Source: Malassezia furfur (lineage: Eukaryota). From it: a stretch of DNA of 64,000 bases. The notes beneath the pieces were generated by a model. The model was not told the DNA's origin and made no database searches. It worked only from the letters and a program-made list of their open reading frames with translations. The DNA is taken from NCBI GenBank assembly GCA_052055015.1, contig JBQJIT010000013.1; one strand, written 5' to 3'. Every line of letters begins with the position of its first letter. Positions within the stretch are counted from its first letter, which is position 1. The translations under genes were made by a program, and so were the position numbers. Shown here in pieces: positions 29,308 through 39,828 of the stretch.

Positions 29308-30840
29308 CTATGTCCGTCGACGTTTTCGCGTTTCCGCAGAGATGGCCGAGGCCGGGCGCCCGCCCCCGCACGCCTCGCAAAACCATTCGCCCTCTGGCAC
29401 ACTCGCAAGCGGCGGCTTGAGGCACCCAAGATGGTACGGATTCTCGCACCGATCGCACGCTAGTAGCGTCGCATCGTCATCATCCTGCGCAGAGTGGCAC
29501 ACAAGGCACGCGTCAGACGAATGCGTCTCGCGCGGAAGTCGCGGTAGCTCCGTGTATGCTTTGGTCGGTTCCACGAGCCAGTACGACGTCGTCGCACCAC
29601 TTTGCACGTCGACGATATGCAGATCGCGCATCGCACTCATGACGTGTGGGTCGGCCAGCACCCGCCGTGTCCCAAGCTCGTCATGAGAAGCATTTTGGCC
29701 CCAGGCGTACGGCACAATCGGAGCACCCTCGGCAGGATCCGAAGCAAGGCAGTAGTACGCATCCTCGCCGAGCGCCGCCGTGCGGATGCGCAAGCCTTCG
29801 AGCACAGGGAGCGGCTTGAAGATGTAGTACCCTTGGCCGAGGCCGCCGTCACCGGTGATGCGCGTCCGGCCGGCAATCCAGTAGTTCGCGCTGGCGTCCA
29901 GGCACACGGTCGCCTCGTACCCTGCCATCACCCGTTCGATGCGCTCCTCCCTGCTTTTCCTGTGTGAGCGTCGCACGTACCGCACAAATTGCTGCACACG
30001 CACAGGTGCCATCTGGTCGCGCTGTGTGCCGCACCCTAGACAGCCAAACCGGTTCGCGCCCCAGGTATATACGTATCCGTCACGGTCCACACTGCATGAG
30101 CATGGCACTTACGCTGCCGCATGACGCATTCCACAAGATATTTGTACAATATGCTGCAGGGCGAGGGGGACTGAGTCAGGCCACCGCGTACCAAATGTGC
30201 TGTGCGTCGCATACACGACATCAGACGCCGACGTCGACACGGCCCCAAACTCATTTGTGCCCAGCTGACCGCACTCGGTGGATCCAGCTGCATGGACTGA
30301 ATTTGTACTGAACACGTACCTTTGCTCGACGCAAGGACCAGGCTAAAGGTGCGCCCACACGACACTTGCGTGGCCTTGGCCATACCCTCAACGCGCTGAA
30401 ACGGCAAGACGGCTGACATCCCACCAAGACCGCATTGCCCCTGAGCATTCGAGCCAGCCGCATAGACGTTACCAGCCGACGTCACCAGGAGCGAGTGCGC
30501 AGCGCCCGTCGCCGCATCCACCACCCGCTCGTCCTGTCCAAGCGGAGGAGAAAAATCGCGTGGCGCTAGCCTCACGGGCTCAGCGAGTACTTTTCCCGCC
30601 GTATCCACCCCACATTGACCGTGGCCATTGTCTCCGTACGCGTACACTTCGCCGTCGGTCGACACGAAGAGTACATGCCGGCTGGAAACCGACGCGCCGA
30701 TCTTGCGTACACGCACATTGGAGATTCCACGCAAGATTGTCGGGGTCGTGACGCTTTCCCATGTATTGTCCGGCGCGGGAACGCTGCCACACAGAAGCAC
30801 TGGGTCAGTCTCGACGCGTACCTCGGCCCCACAACGCCAT
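29308..30840 (-). CDS. RCC1-repeat (RCC2/TD-60-like) protein with C-terminal PHD finger; introns 30800-30821, 30297-30319, 30092-30112, 29960-29980
   Basis: Splicing gives MALWGRVLLCG..., restores RCC1 repeats (GQCG, GQLG, VYTWG..GCLG), and ends in a C4HC3 PHD (CLVC...CDRC..PYHLGC...GEWFCEAC). Confidence 0.88.
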
Positions 30841-30886
30841 ACAGACCCTCGCGTCGAGGCGCGTTTCGTTTTTGGTCACGTGTACG

Positions 30887-31588
30887 ATGGACGGACGCGA
30901 GGTGTTTGAGGCCATTTTGGCGCCGCCGGCGGGCTCGAGCGAACACTACGAGGCGCGTGTGCAGGGGAAACGTATCCAGCTCGCCAATGTAGACCGTGCC
31001 GCGCCTCGTCCGGCTTCTTCCGTGCTCGAACGACAGGCGGAGCGCGCCAAACGGCGCATGCGCCGCGCCCAGAGAAAGTTGGCTCCACAGACGCGGCATA
31101 CAGGTGTACCGCCACGCCCACGCAGCTTGCCGTATGCAGATGCGGTCCCTCTGTACGACCTTTGGCTGAAATATGTGCAAGATCTCGTGAGCTTACCGGA
31201 CCTGGCATCGGGACCTGACCCTGCGGCAGCCTTGACGCAAAATGTCAGTGGTGTGTCACAGATGCAAGCGATCCAAAATACCCTACTTAAAGCGGACTGG
31301 ATCGGCGCAAAACTCACCGTGGTTCAGTCAACCAACCCCGTCCTCTTACATTTGCACGGCATTGTCGTGCAGGAGACGCATGAGACCTTCCTACTCGTAC
31401 CAGAAAACAGCGAGCGCGTTCGCATGGTGCCGAAACAAAACACCGTGTTCCAAGTGGCGATACCAGCGACGTCTTCACCCGACGCCCCGCGTCTCAAGCT
31501 TGAGCTCTATGGAAACCAAATGCGCTATGCACTGCCGGCGCGTGCGACGCGGAAACACAAGGCACGCAAGACGGTCGAGCTGGGGTAG
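30887..31588 (+). CDS. POP4: RNase P/MRP subunit Pop4/Rpp29
   Basis: LYDLWLKY, LKADWIGAKLTVVQS.NP...GIVVQET, VPKQNTVF, LYGNQ. Confidence 0.9.
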   Translation: MDGREVFEAILAPPAGSSEHYEARVQGKRIQLANVDRAAPRPASSVLERQAERAKRRMRRAQRKLAPQTRHTGVPPRPRSLPYADAVPLYDLWLKYVQDLVSLPDLASGPDPAAALTQNVSGVSQMQAIQNTLLKADWIGAKLTVVQSTNPVLLHLHGIVVQETHETFLLVPENSERVRMVPKQNTVFQVAIPATSSPDAPRLKLELYGNQMRYALPARATRKHKARKTVELG

Positions 31589-31850
31589 CGTATGAATTCG
31601 TATAGCTGTATATACCCAATGCGTACGAGCTGTTTTATACGTGATACATAGCCTGCACCTAGTCAATTGTCTCCAAAAGATGATCAATGTGTGGGGATAC
31701 AAAAATTGGCTGAAATTCACGCTTTCTTGATAATTCCAAAATATTAGTGCCGTAGGCCTAGGACTAAATACGCTTGGCTCTCTTCCGAACCCTCGGCAAG
31801 AAACTCTTCTCGCTCAGAGCCACACACACAAGGGCTATTCTACTTCTCGT

Positions 31851-33125
31851 CTATCCACGGGCAAACACTTTTGCAGGGTTTTCGGCATTGGTGACGTCTG
31901 CTGCATGAATGGATACTCCCGCAAACTTGCTCAGACGCTCACGAAGGATTTCGGTGCCCAAAATGGCGGGCGTCAGTACACCACCCTGTTGGGCCAGAGG
32001 CGAGAGCAGTTCAGGGTTCAATGCGATGGCCAGGCCAGCTTCCGAAATAAATGCGGCTGTCTTGAGGTAGCCGGGGTCACCCTTGGTGTAGAACGTAGCG
32101 AGACCTTTAGTCCTGCCGTCCTGTCCATAGGCAAGCGCACGCAGCTCCAAAAAGCCTTTCAGCTGGTTTTCAATAGTCGGTCCACTTCCAGGCGGAACCA
32201 TCCTGCTCATGATCCGGACCACGAAAGAGGCGTGTTCCATAATGAATGCAAACACGTGTACGAACATAGTCAGGAACAGAGCCAAGATGTAAGAGGGAAC
32301 GACCAGTCCCTCCTCGTACCGGAAATTGGGGCCGTACCGGATCGGTACGTGTGATTCTTCCAACAGACCCCACGTACGGTTAACGATGCGTGTGTTATGG
32401 GGTGAGAGCATAATTTCCGTTCCATACTTGCCGAATTGCGGCATGTATCGTGGCATTGTACTTGCACGTTCCTGTGTTCCTTTCACCGGACTGAACCAGT
32501 ACGGCCGATTGTTGCGCAGGGACGTGGGGTCCTCATCACAAGCAATCAGGCCACTTTGCACCGTGCCGCCCGACACACTTGCGCGCAAACGGAAGCCTAG
32601 GAGCACTTTGCTCACCGCCGACTCGACACCTGCTACTTTCTTCACCTCCTCAACCGCAAGGAAGGTCGCAAGGTCGAACGGGAGCGAGTCAAAGCCTGCC
32701 GAGGGAACAATAATGGCATTGGTCTCCTTTGCGATGGGATGAATCTTCTCCACCATACGCGCATATAGGTTCGTCTCGCCTGTCAGGTCCAAGTACGCAT
32801 TTCCAGCTTCGGCGACAGCCTGAGCAATGTCAAACCCACCGTACAAGGTGTATGGGCCCGCAGCATTGATCAAGACTTTGGCGGCCCGTGCCAAATGCGA
32901 CAGACTCTGCTTGTTGTCCACGGTGGCCTGCACCAGCGTGATGGTCTTCAGGCGCTCTTTCGACAGTCCGTGCAGTTGTTCCAACGTCGCTTGCAGCTTC
33001 TCGGGGTTACGTCCGGCGAGCACGAGTCTAGGGGCTTCGGGGTGTGTCGCAAGGTATTGCGCGATTAGTTTCCCTGTGAATCCAGTGGCGCCATACACTG
33101 CAACATCATAGGGAGGCACATTCAT
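31851..33125 (-). CDS. Saccharopine dehydrogenase-like oxidoreductase, copy 2
   Basis: Same motif set as copy 1; visibly lower-GC codon usage. Confidence 0.9.
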   Translation of the reverse strand: MNVPPYDVAVYGATGFTGKLIAQYLATHPEAPRLVLAGRNPEKLQATLEQLHGLSKERLKTITLVQATVDNKQSLSHLARAAKVLINAAGPYTLYGGFDIAQAVAEAGNAYLDLTGETNLYARMVEKIHPIAKETNAIIVPSAGFDSLPFDLATFLAVEEVKKVAGVESAVSKVLLGFRLRASVSGGTVQSGLIACDEDPTSLRNNRPYWFSPVKGTQERASTMPRYMPQFGKYGTEIMLSPHNTRIVNRTWGLLEESHVPIRYGPNFRYEEGLVVPSYILALFLTMFVHVFAFIMEHASFVVRIMSRMVPPGSGPTIENQLKGFLELRALAYGQDGRTKGLATFYTKGDPGYLKTAAFISEAGLAIALNPELLSPLAQQGGVLTPAILGTEILRERLSKFAGVSIHAADVTNAENPAKVFARG

Positions 33126-33217
33126 TGTGGCTTGGTTCGGTAGACAAGGGGATGACGAATAAGCGCGGGCCCCATTTAGGGTTTGCGCCTCTGCGGCCGA
33201 TTAGCACCACTGGCGCG

Positions 33218-33247
33218 CACGGACCCACGTCCACGGACCCACGTCCA
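33218..33247. repeat. 14-bp tandem repeat (CACGGACCCACGTC)x2 upstream of oxidoreductase copy 2
   Basis: Read directly from the sequence. Confidence 0.85.
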
Positions 33248-33365
33248 AACTGAGCCGGTGACCAATTTGGTCTATAGCTCCTCGACACATACCATAAAAT
33301 TGCATCCGCGGCACACTGTACATACAGGAGGGACTACTTAAAAAAGTCAGAAGTGCGGAACGCGT

Positions 33366-34634
33366 TTACTTCGCAAGTGCCTTGGTCAAGTCGGCATCGT
33401 TCGTGACGTTGGCCATCTTAATCTCGACACCGGCGAATTCACCGAGGCGCTCGGCGAGCACCTCAGCACCGATCGTGGCGGGAGTCAATACACCACCCTG
33501 CTTCGCAAGCGGCGAAAGACGGTCCTTCTCAAGGGCAATCGTCAGTGCTGTCTCCGAGATGAACGCGGCGGTCTTCAGGTAGCCAGGGTTGCCTTTCACG
33601 TAGAAAGTCGACAGGCCTTTGGTGTGCCCATCACGGCCATAGGCAACCGTACGGAGGTAGCCAAAGCCCTTGAGCTGCTCTTCCATCGAGGGCCCGGAGC
33701 CCTGCGGCAACATCTTCTGCAGGGCTTGGCCCACAACGGACACGTGCAGGACGAGCCAGGCAAAGATTTTCATGAACGCAGCCATCACGAAAGCCCTGAA
33801 GTAGGACGGCGTGACGACGCCCTCCAGGTAGCGGAACGTGGAGCCGTAGCGACTGGGCGCACGGGCGTCCTCCAGAAGACCCCACGAACGGTTCACGACA
33901 CGGGTGTTGTGCGCCGCGAACAGGCCAAATGCACCGTATGTGTTAAACTGCGGCAGGTAGCGAGCCATGTACGGCGTCAGTTGCTGCACGCCCTGAATCG
34001 GGCTGAACCAGTACGGCCTGTTGTACAGGAGCGCATCCGGATCGTTCCGCATGTTAATGAGACTCGCGAGCGTGCCTCCTGACATGCCGCCCTTGATTTT
34101 GTAGCCGAGCAAAACATGATCGACGTCTGCTTCGTCGCCAAGCACCTTCTTGACCTCCTTCACGGCAAAGTAGGTACCTAGGTCGAACGGCAGGCAATCG
34201 AAGCCGGCCGATGGTACGATTACTGCACCCGTCTGCTTCGCCTGGCCGTGCAGCTCGCGCGTAATGCGGGCGTACACGTCAGACTCGCCGGTCAGATCGA
34301 CGTAGCCCGTACCGGCCTCCACGCACGCCTGTGCGACTTCAAAGCCGCCCAGCAGTCCGTACGGGCCTACCATGTTGATCACGACCTTGGCCGAGCGAGC
34401 AAGACGCTGCAAACTTGCCTTGTCAGTCGCCGAGGCCTCGATGATGCCGATACTTTCAAGACGTTGCTTGGGTACATCCACGAGCTTGTCGCGGACGTCG
34501 CGGAGCTTGGCCGCATTGCGTCCGGCGAAAGCGATCTTGGGCGCCTTGGGGTGCGCCGCGAGGTACTGTGCCGCAAGACTCCCCGTAAAGCCCGTGGCAC
34601 CGTAAAGAACAGCGTCGTACGTAGATTCTGACAT
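33366..34634 (-). CDS. Saccharopine dehydrogenase-like oxidoreductase, copy 3
   Basis: MSESTYDAVLYGATGFTG...GNPGYLKTAAFISE...GGVLTPA. Confidence 0.9.
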   Translation of the reverse strand: MSESTYDAVLYGATGFTGSLAAQYLAAHPKAPKIAFAGRNAAKLRDVRDKLVDVPKQRLESIGIIEASATDKASLQRLARSAKVVINMVGPYGLLGGFEVAQACVEAGTGYVDLTGESDVYARITRELHGQAKQTGAVIVPSAGFDCLPFDLGTYFAVKEVKKVLGDEADVDHVLLGYKIKGGMSGGTLASLINMRNDPDALLYNRPYWFSPIQGVQQLTPYMARYLPQFNTYGAFGLFAAHNTRVVNRSWGLLEDARAPSRYGSTFRYLEGVVTPSYFRAFVMAAFMKIFAWLVLHVSVVGQALQKMLPQGSGPSMEEQLKGFGYLRTVAYGRDGHTKGLSTFYVKGNPGYLKTAAFISETALTIALEKDRLSPLAKQGGVLTPATIGAEVLAERLGEFAGVEIKMANVTNDADLTKALAK

Positions 34635-35143
34635 GGTGGCAACCTCGAACTGATGCATAGGGCTGTTCGGTGCGTCGGGGCCCAAATTCTTTATGTCCGA
34701 GCTCGGGCCAATGCCAATGTTGGTTAGTCATCATACCCTGCGAACGGAGCGGGTTGCTGTACGTTGTGGATCCGTCGACGTTGAGTCCCACTGCATTTAC
34801 GATGCTCTGCCCAGCTCGTTTGCGCAGCAGGGAAGCTAGACGGGCGCTGGCACAGATCTGAGCGTCGTGGGATGCGTTGTACAGAGCAATTGCGTCATGT
34901 ACGTCTTGTCTGGGTACCGTGGCAGGCACGTCGGGTATTGCGTACCAGGACTAGCAATATAGCTCATGATTTGATAGAGAGATGAGCCGCATCTTGTGCT
35001 TAATGGGGAACGAGGCACTAGGAAATTCGAGCTTCTGTGTCGAACTCGACCTGACCGTGTCGGCGAGCTGGGGCCACCCTTGCGCCCTCCACGTAATTCC
35101 ACAACATAGTTCCTCGCCGGCCTATTGCGCGTTCTTCGACACG

Positions 35144-36805
35144 ATGACGCTGCAAGTTCCGCGGGCGGGCGGTCCGAACCTATTCAAGGATGGGTACAAG
35201 CACCTGCAGGGCATTGAGGAGGCCGTTCTGCGCAACATTCAGGCGTCGAATGAGCTAACTGACATTGTGCGCACGTCGTTCGGTCCGCTGGGCCGCAACA
35301 AGCTCATTGTGAACCATCTGGGTCGCCTCTTTGTGACGAGCGACGCCGCCACGATCATCCGCGAGATGGATGTCGTCCATCCTGCGGCCAAGCTTCTCGT
35401 GTTTGCGTCTCAACAACAGGAGGCAGAGATGGGTGATGGCACTAACTTTGTGCTCATTTTGGCCGGGGAGCTTCTGCGCCAGGCCGAGTCGCTCATCACG
35501 CTGGGCCTGCACCCGATGGAAATTGTGCAGGGCTACGAGCTGGCGCGCGACCGTGCGCTGGAGCAGCTTGAGTCGCTTTCGATTGCTGCGCTGTCGTCCC
35601 CACCGTCGCAGGAGTCGCTGGCGCTCGCGCTGCGCCCGGCGCTGGCCTCGCAGCAGTACGGCGCAGAAAATGTGCTGGCGCCGCTGGTGGCGCAGGCGGT
35701 GCACCTGGTGCTGCCATCGCGCGACACGCTGCGTGACCTGAGCGTCGACAACGTGCGGGTGGTCAAGATCATGGGCGGCAGCCTGGCCCAGAGCCGCGTG
35801 GTGCGCGGCATGGTGTTTGGTCGCGAGCCCGAGGGGATCGTCAAGTCGGCGCACGGTGCCAAGGTCGCGGTGTTCTCGTGCGGGATTGACATCTCGCAGA
35901 CGGAGACCAAGGGCACGGTGCTGCTGCACAATGCCGAGGAGCTGCGCACTTTTTCGCGGGGCGAGGAGCAGCAGCTCGAAAAGGTCATTACCGAGCTCGC
36001 CGAGGCCGACGTCCGGGTGGTGGTCTCGCAGAGCACCGTGGGCGATTTGGCGCTGCACTACCTGAACCGCATGGGCATCATGGTGATCAAGGTGCCGTCC
36101 AAGTTTGATGTGCAGCGCCTGTGCCGCTTGGTGGGCGCGACGCCCCTCGCGCGTCTGGGCGCGCCGATGGCCGAGGAGGCCGGCTTTGTGGACACGGTCG
36201 AGTCCACTGAGATCGGCGGCGACCGCGTCACCGTCTTCCGCCAGGAGGAGGGGCAGCCCGGTGGCAAGGCGAACCCCCGCCTGGCGACGATTGTGCTGCG
36301 TGGCGCGACGACGAGCTACCTGGATGACCTGGAGCGCACGATCGACGACGGGATCAACGCCGTCAAGGCGCTTACTCGCGACCCCCGGCTTGTGCCCGGT
36401 GCGGGTGCGAGCGAGATCGAGCTGGCGCGGCGTGTGATGGAGTACGGCGACAAGACCCCTGGCCTGAACCAGCACGCGATCAAAAAGTTTGGCGAGGCAC
36501 TCCAGGTGATCCCCCGCACGCTTGCCGAGACGGCCGGCCTCGACGCCACGGATGTGGTGGGCCGCCTCTTGGCGAAGCACGCGGATGCCGACGCGGCCGA
36601 CGTCGGCGTGGACGTCGACAACGAGGAGGGCGGCATCGTCTCGACGGTGCACGCGCAAATCTTTGACGTGCTCGTCGCAAAGCACTGGGCGATCCGGTAC
36701 GCGACGAGTGCCGCGATCGATGTGCTCAAGGTGGACTCGATCATCATGAGTAAGCCGGCTGGCATCAAGGCGCCTGGCAAAAACCCCAACTGGGACGAGG
36801 ACTAG
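35144..36805 (+). CDS. CCT8: Chaperonin CCT theta subunit
   Basis: TSFGPLGRNK, TSDAATI, MGDGTN, TETKGTVLL, IIMSKPAG, NPNWDED. Confidence 0.96.
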   Translation: MTLQVPRAGGPNLFKDGYKHLQGIEEAVLRNIQASNELTDIVRTSFGPLGRNKLIVNHLGRLFVTSDAATIIREMDVVHPAAKLLVFASQQQEAEMGDGTNFVLILAGELLRQAESLITLGLHPMEIVQGYELARDRALEQLESLSIAALSSPPSQESLALALRPALASQQYGAENVLAPLVAQAVHLVLPSRDTLRDLSVDNVRVVKIMGGSLAQSRVVRGMVFGREPEGIVKSAHGAKVAVFSCGIDISQTETKGTVLLHNAEELRTFSRGEEQQLEKVITELAEADVRVVVSQSTVGDLALHYLNRMGIMVIKVPSKFDVQRLCRLVGATPLARLGAPMAEEAGFVDTVESTEIGGDRVTVFRQEEGQPGGKANPRLATIVLRGATTSYLDDLERTIDDGINAVKALTRDPRLVPGAGASEIELARRVMEYGDKTPGLNQHAIKKFGEALQVIPRTLAETAGLDATDVVGRLLAKHADADAADVGVDVDNEEGGIVSTVHAQIFDVLVAKHWAIRYATSAAIDVLKVDSIIMSKPAGIKAPGKNPNWDED

Positions 36806-36873
36806 CGGGTAGCGAGACAACTACCGAGTGCGCATTCTATGTGGCTCTTCTTTGTGGTCTTCGATGGTATATA

Positions 36874-39672
36874 TCACACCCCGTAGCGCTCCTGCAGCCG
36901 CTGCTGGATCAGGGGAGGGAACTGGGCCTTGGTCTCGCCCCACTTGTCTCCGCTCATTTGGCGGAAGCCGTGGAGGATCTCGGCAAAGCGTTCGTTGAGC
37001 TGCGCACTCGGCTTTTGCCAGCGGACGACGGCGTTGCAGAAGAAGGCAAAGCCCTGCGTCGCGCCGTTGGGATTGGTCTTGATCATCTCGCACAGGCCCA
37101 AAAAGGCCGAGTCCTTTTCGTCGTTGTCCTTGATGTCCCACAGCGCGCGGCACCACGGCTCGAGGAAGACGGCAAGGTGCGGCGCCACCGCCTGCGGCGC
37201 GACGAGCCCCAGGCGACCGATGGTCACCGCGGCGTTCTCCGAGAGGCTCTTGACGCTCTTGGGGTGGCGCAGGATCGCGATCAGCTTCGTCAGCAGCTCG
37301 GGGATCCACTGGTGCAGCTCGGGATCGTCGCGGCCGTACTGCAGCGCAATTTCGCCCGCGGCCCACGTCGCATTGTTGCACACACTCAGCGTCTCGTGCT
37401 TCTGCTCGGGGTCGATCTGCGCGAGGAGCAGCGGCATGTACGACGGCAGGAAGGGGCGCAGCTGCGCAAACGCCGAGATGGCCAGGTCACCCAGCAGCGC
37501 ATAGGCGCTCTGTCGCACGGGCGCCTCGGCATTCGTCAGGCACGGCTGCAGCTGCGGCAGGAGGAGCGGCTGTCCGTTGGCCACGAGCTCGGCCATGCTC
37601 GCGCCGAGCCCCTGGCTCAGTCCACTGAGCAGGTCGAGCGCCACAATCAAGAAGGTGTGGTCGGGCACTTCGTCGTCCGCGTCGGGGTGTGCCGCGGCCT
37701 GCTCGTACGCGGTGAGGTTCGCGTGGATGATCGACACGCACCGCTGGTACACAGGCAGTGCGTACTGCGCAAAGCCCGTGCCCATTGCGATCGTCACCGA
37801 GGCGAGACACTCGAGCAGCGGGATCAAATCAGGATCCGTGTCGTCCAGCGACGCCCACTTGGCGGTAAGCGGCCCCATGAGCAGCTCAATGTACTGCGGC
37901 TGGTTCAACGCGGGGCCCACACTGTCCGCCAGCGTGCCGACGGCATCGTACAGGATCAGCATGTTCTTTTGGTGGTAGCGGTCGAACGCCATCACGAGCG
38001 TCTGCAGCACAGGGCCAAGGTAGGGCCCCAGCGTCGCGCCGACCTCTTCTTCGAGCGTAGCAAACGCGCTGCACCCGGCTTCTTGGACGCGCTTGTTGTT
38101 GTCGAGCACCATGGTGAGCAGCCCCTCGAGCGTAGGAGCAAAGTACTGCTGCAGATGCTCTTGCGAGACGTCTCCCGCAAACCACGACGAGTAGCGCCCG
38201 AGCGTCCAGCAGGTGATGCTGCGCACGAGCGGCTGCTTGTCCTGCAGCATGGACAGCAGCATCGGGACAAGCGTGGGAAGGTGCGGCTCGATGCCGCTCA
38301 TGCATCCCTCGGCAATCGCGCCAAGCGCCAGGATGCCGGCTTCGCGCTGCACCCAGTCTTCCGAGAAGAGGCGCTCCTTGAGCAGCGGCAGGAGCGTCGG
38401 CAGAATTTCCTCGTGGAAATGCACGGCGAGCACGTCGAGCGCCGCCGCGGAACACTTGCGCAAGTTCCACGAGCCAAGCGCGTCGTCGTCGTCTTCGTCG
38501 TCTTCATCGTCGTCGTCCTCATCGTCGTCCTCGTCGTCGTTCTCCTCGTCAAACTCGGCGTCGATCGCCGCGCGCGAGCGGTGCGTCGTGCCGTGCGTGG
38601 GCGCCTCGCCCTCCTCAGCGGCGACACGTTCGCTGCGGTGCGTCGTGCCGCCATAGTGCCGCGGCTTGATGTCTTCGGGACGGTCAGGCTGCGCCGCATC
38701 GTCGTTCGACTCGCCGAGCAGCAGCAGGCTCAGCTCGCTGTACACCATGCACTTGAGCAGCACAGGGATGACGCGCGGGAGGTACGGGCGCAGCTGGTCG
38801 GCAAGCCGTGTCTCCTCGGCAAACTGCAGCCAGAACTCGGCGGCCTCGAGCGCCACATCCTCGTCCTTGTCCTGCGTGGAGTAGAGCATGTACTCCACGA
38901 GGTTGTTCATCTCAGGCGCCAGCTTCTCCGGCCAGGTGCTCAGCACAAAGACAAGCGCCTTGCATACAAACTTGCGCACCACTGGGCGCTCGTCGCTGGC
39001 GCGCTGGAAGAGCGCCGCGACGTAGGCGTCCACGTTGGCATTCATCGACGGCGAGCCGATCTGGATGTACTGGTTGAGCGCGTTAAGGGCATGCACGCGG
39101 ATACGCGTGTCGTTGTGTGCCGTTGCCTGGAGCAGCTTGGGGATCAGCACATCGAGCGGGCGCACGCCGTTGATCTCGCATGCATCGAGCTGCTCGGGCA
39201 TGTCCTCGCTGATCTTGGCGAGCGTTGAGAGCGCCGCCTCGGCCTCGTCGACGTTTGACGAGTCCATGGCCTGCGTGAGCACCGAGAGTGCCTCGACCCA
39301 GTTGGCCGGCTTCACCACCTGAATGATGACCGACACGAGCTGCGTCGCGACGTTGCGGAGAACGGTGTCGGAGAAGGACAGCGCGGGCAAGACCATGCCT
39401 TTTACATACTCGAGCGACTCGGGAGAGACACGCTGGTAGTTAAAGTACAAATGGTTCTTGGCGAGCAGGCCGGCGACGCTGCGTGTCGAGACTTCTTCCT
39501 GCGTCATCTGGACAAAGACGAGCACGAGGTAATTGACATAGTCGGGAATCTGGCTGATCGCATCGAGCCGCTCGGCGATGCGCCGCTGTACATCGCGCTC
39601 CGTGCTCGTCGACTGCCGAAACAGCTCAACGAGCTCCGCGAGACCCTCGGGCTGCGGATTCCACGACGCCAT
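36874..39672 (-). CDS. KAP104: Transportin-1 / importin beta-2
   Basis: WNPQPEGL, EDIKPR plus acidic H8 loop, WNLRKCSAAALDVLA, ENAAVTIGRLG. Confidence 0.94.
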   Translation of the reverse strand: MASWNPQPEGLAELVELFRQSTSTERDVQRRIAERLDAISQIPDYVNYLVLVFVQMTQEEVSTRSVAGLLAKNHLYFNYQRVSPESLEYVKGMVLPALSFSDTVLRNVATQLVSVIIQVVKPANWVEALSVLTQAMDSSNVDEAEAALSTLAKISEDMPEQLDACEINGVRPLDVLIPKLLQATAHNDTRIRVHALNALNQYIQIGSPSMNANVDAYVAALFQRASDERPVVRKFVCKALVFVLSTWPEKLAPEMNNLVEYMLYSTQDKDEDVALEAAEFWLQFAEETRLADQLRPYLPRVIPVLLKCMVYSELSLLLLGESNDDAAQPDRPEDIKPRHYGGTTHRSERVAAEEGEAPTHGTTHRSRAAIDAEFDEENDDEDDDEDDDDEDDEDDDDALGSWNLRKCSAAALDVLAVHFHEEILPTLLPLLKERLFSEDWVQREAGILALGAIAEGCMSGIEPHLPTLVPMLLSMLQDKQPLVRSITCWTLGRYSSWFAGDVSQEHLQQYFAPTLEGLLTMVLDNNKRVQEAGCSAFATLEEEVGATLGPYLGPVLQTLVMAFDRYHQKNMLILYDAVGTLADSVGPALNQPQYIELLMGPLTAKWASLDDTDPDLIPLLECLASVTIAMGTGFAQYALPVYQRCVSIIHANLTAYEQAAAHPDADDEVPDHTFLIVALDLLSGLSQGLGASMAELVANGQPLLLPQLQPCLTNAEAPVRQSAYALLGDLAISAFAQLRPFLPSYMPLLLAQIDPEQKHETLSVCNNATWAAGEIALQYGRDDPELHQWIPELLTKLIAILRHPKSVKSLSENAAVTIGRLGLVAPQAVAPHLAVFLEPWCRALWDIKDNDEKDSAFLGLCEMIKTNPNGATQGFAFFCNAVVRWQKPSAQLNERFAEILHGFRQMSGDKWGETKAQFPPLIQQRLQERYGV

Positions 39673-39828
39673 CGCGAACCCCGCTTGTGGATGCTCGGTA
39701 CGGAAGGGTGCACGTAGGCGCTGGCGCTGCATCACGTGGCTGAGTCAGCACCCCGCAGCGCCGCGCGACGTGCCGGGACGCGCGGCGGCGCAGGCACCGT
39801 GCGGCCGACGTCTCTTGCCTCCGCGACC

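Noticed and set aside
30092..30321. Apparent frameshifts and stops in RCC1-PHD, EMC3, TAF10, RPB8 and ceramidase read as pseudogenes or recoding
   Set aside because: All are resolved by GT-AG micro-introns that restore conserved sequence.
31589..31850. AT-rich patch as a possible centromere or foreign insert
   Set aside because: Only about 260 bp between convergent genes, consistent with terminator/UTR sequence. No repeats or mobile-element signs.
27816..33370. Cryptic peroxisomal PTS1 by stop read-through on the oxidoreductases
   Set aside because: No TGA-CTA context at any of the three stops, and no SKL-like ending seen where I read past the stop.
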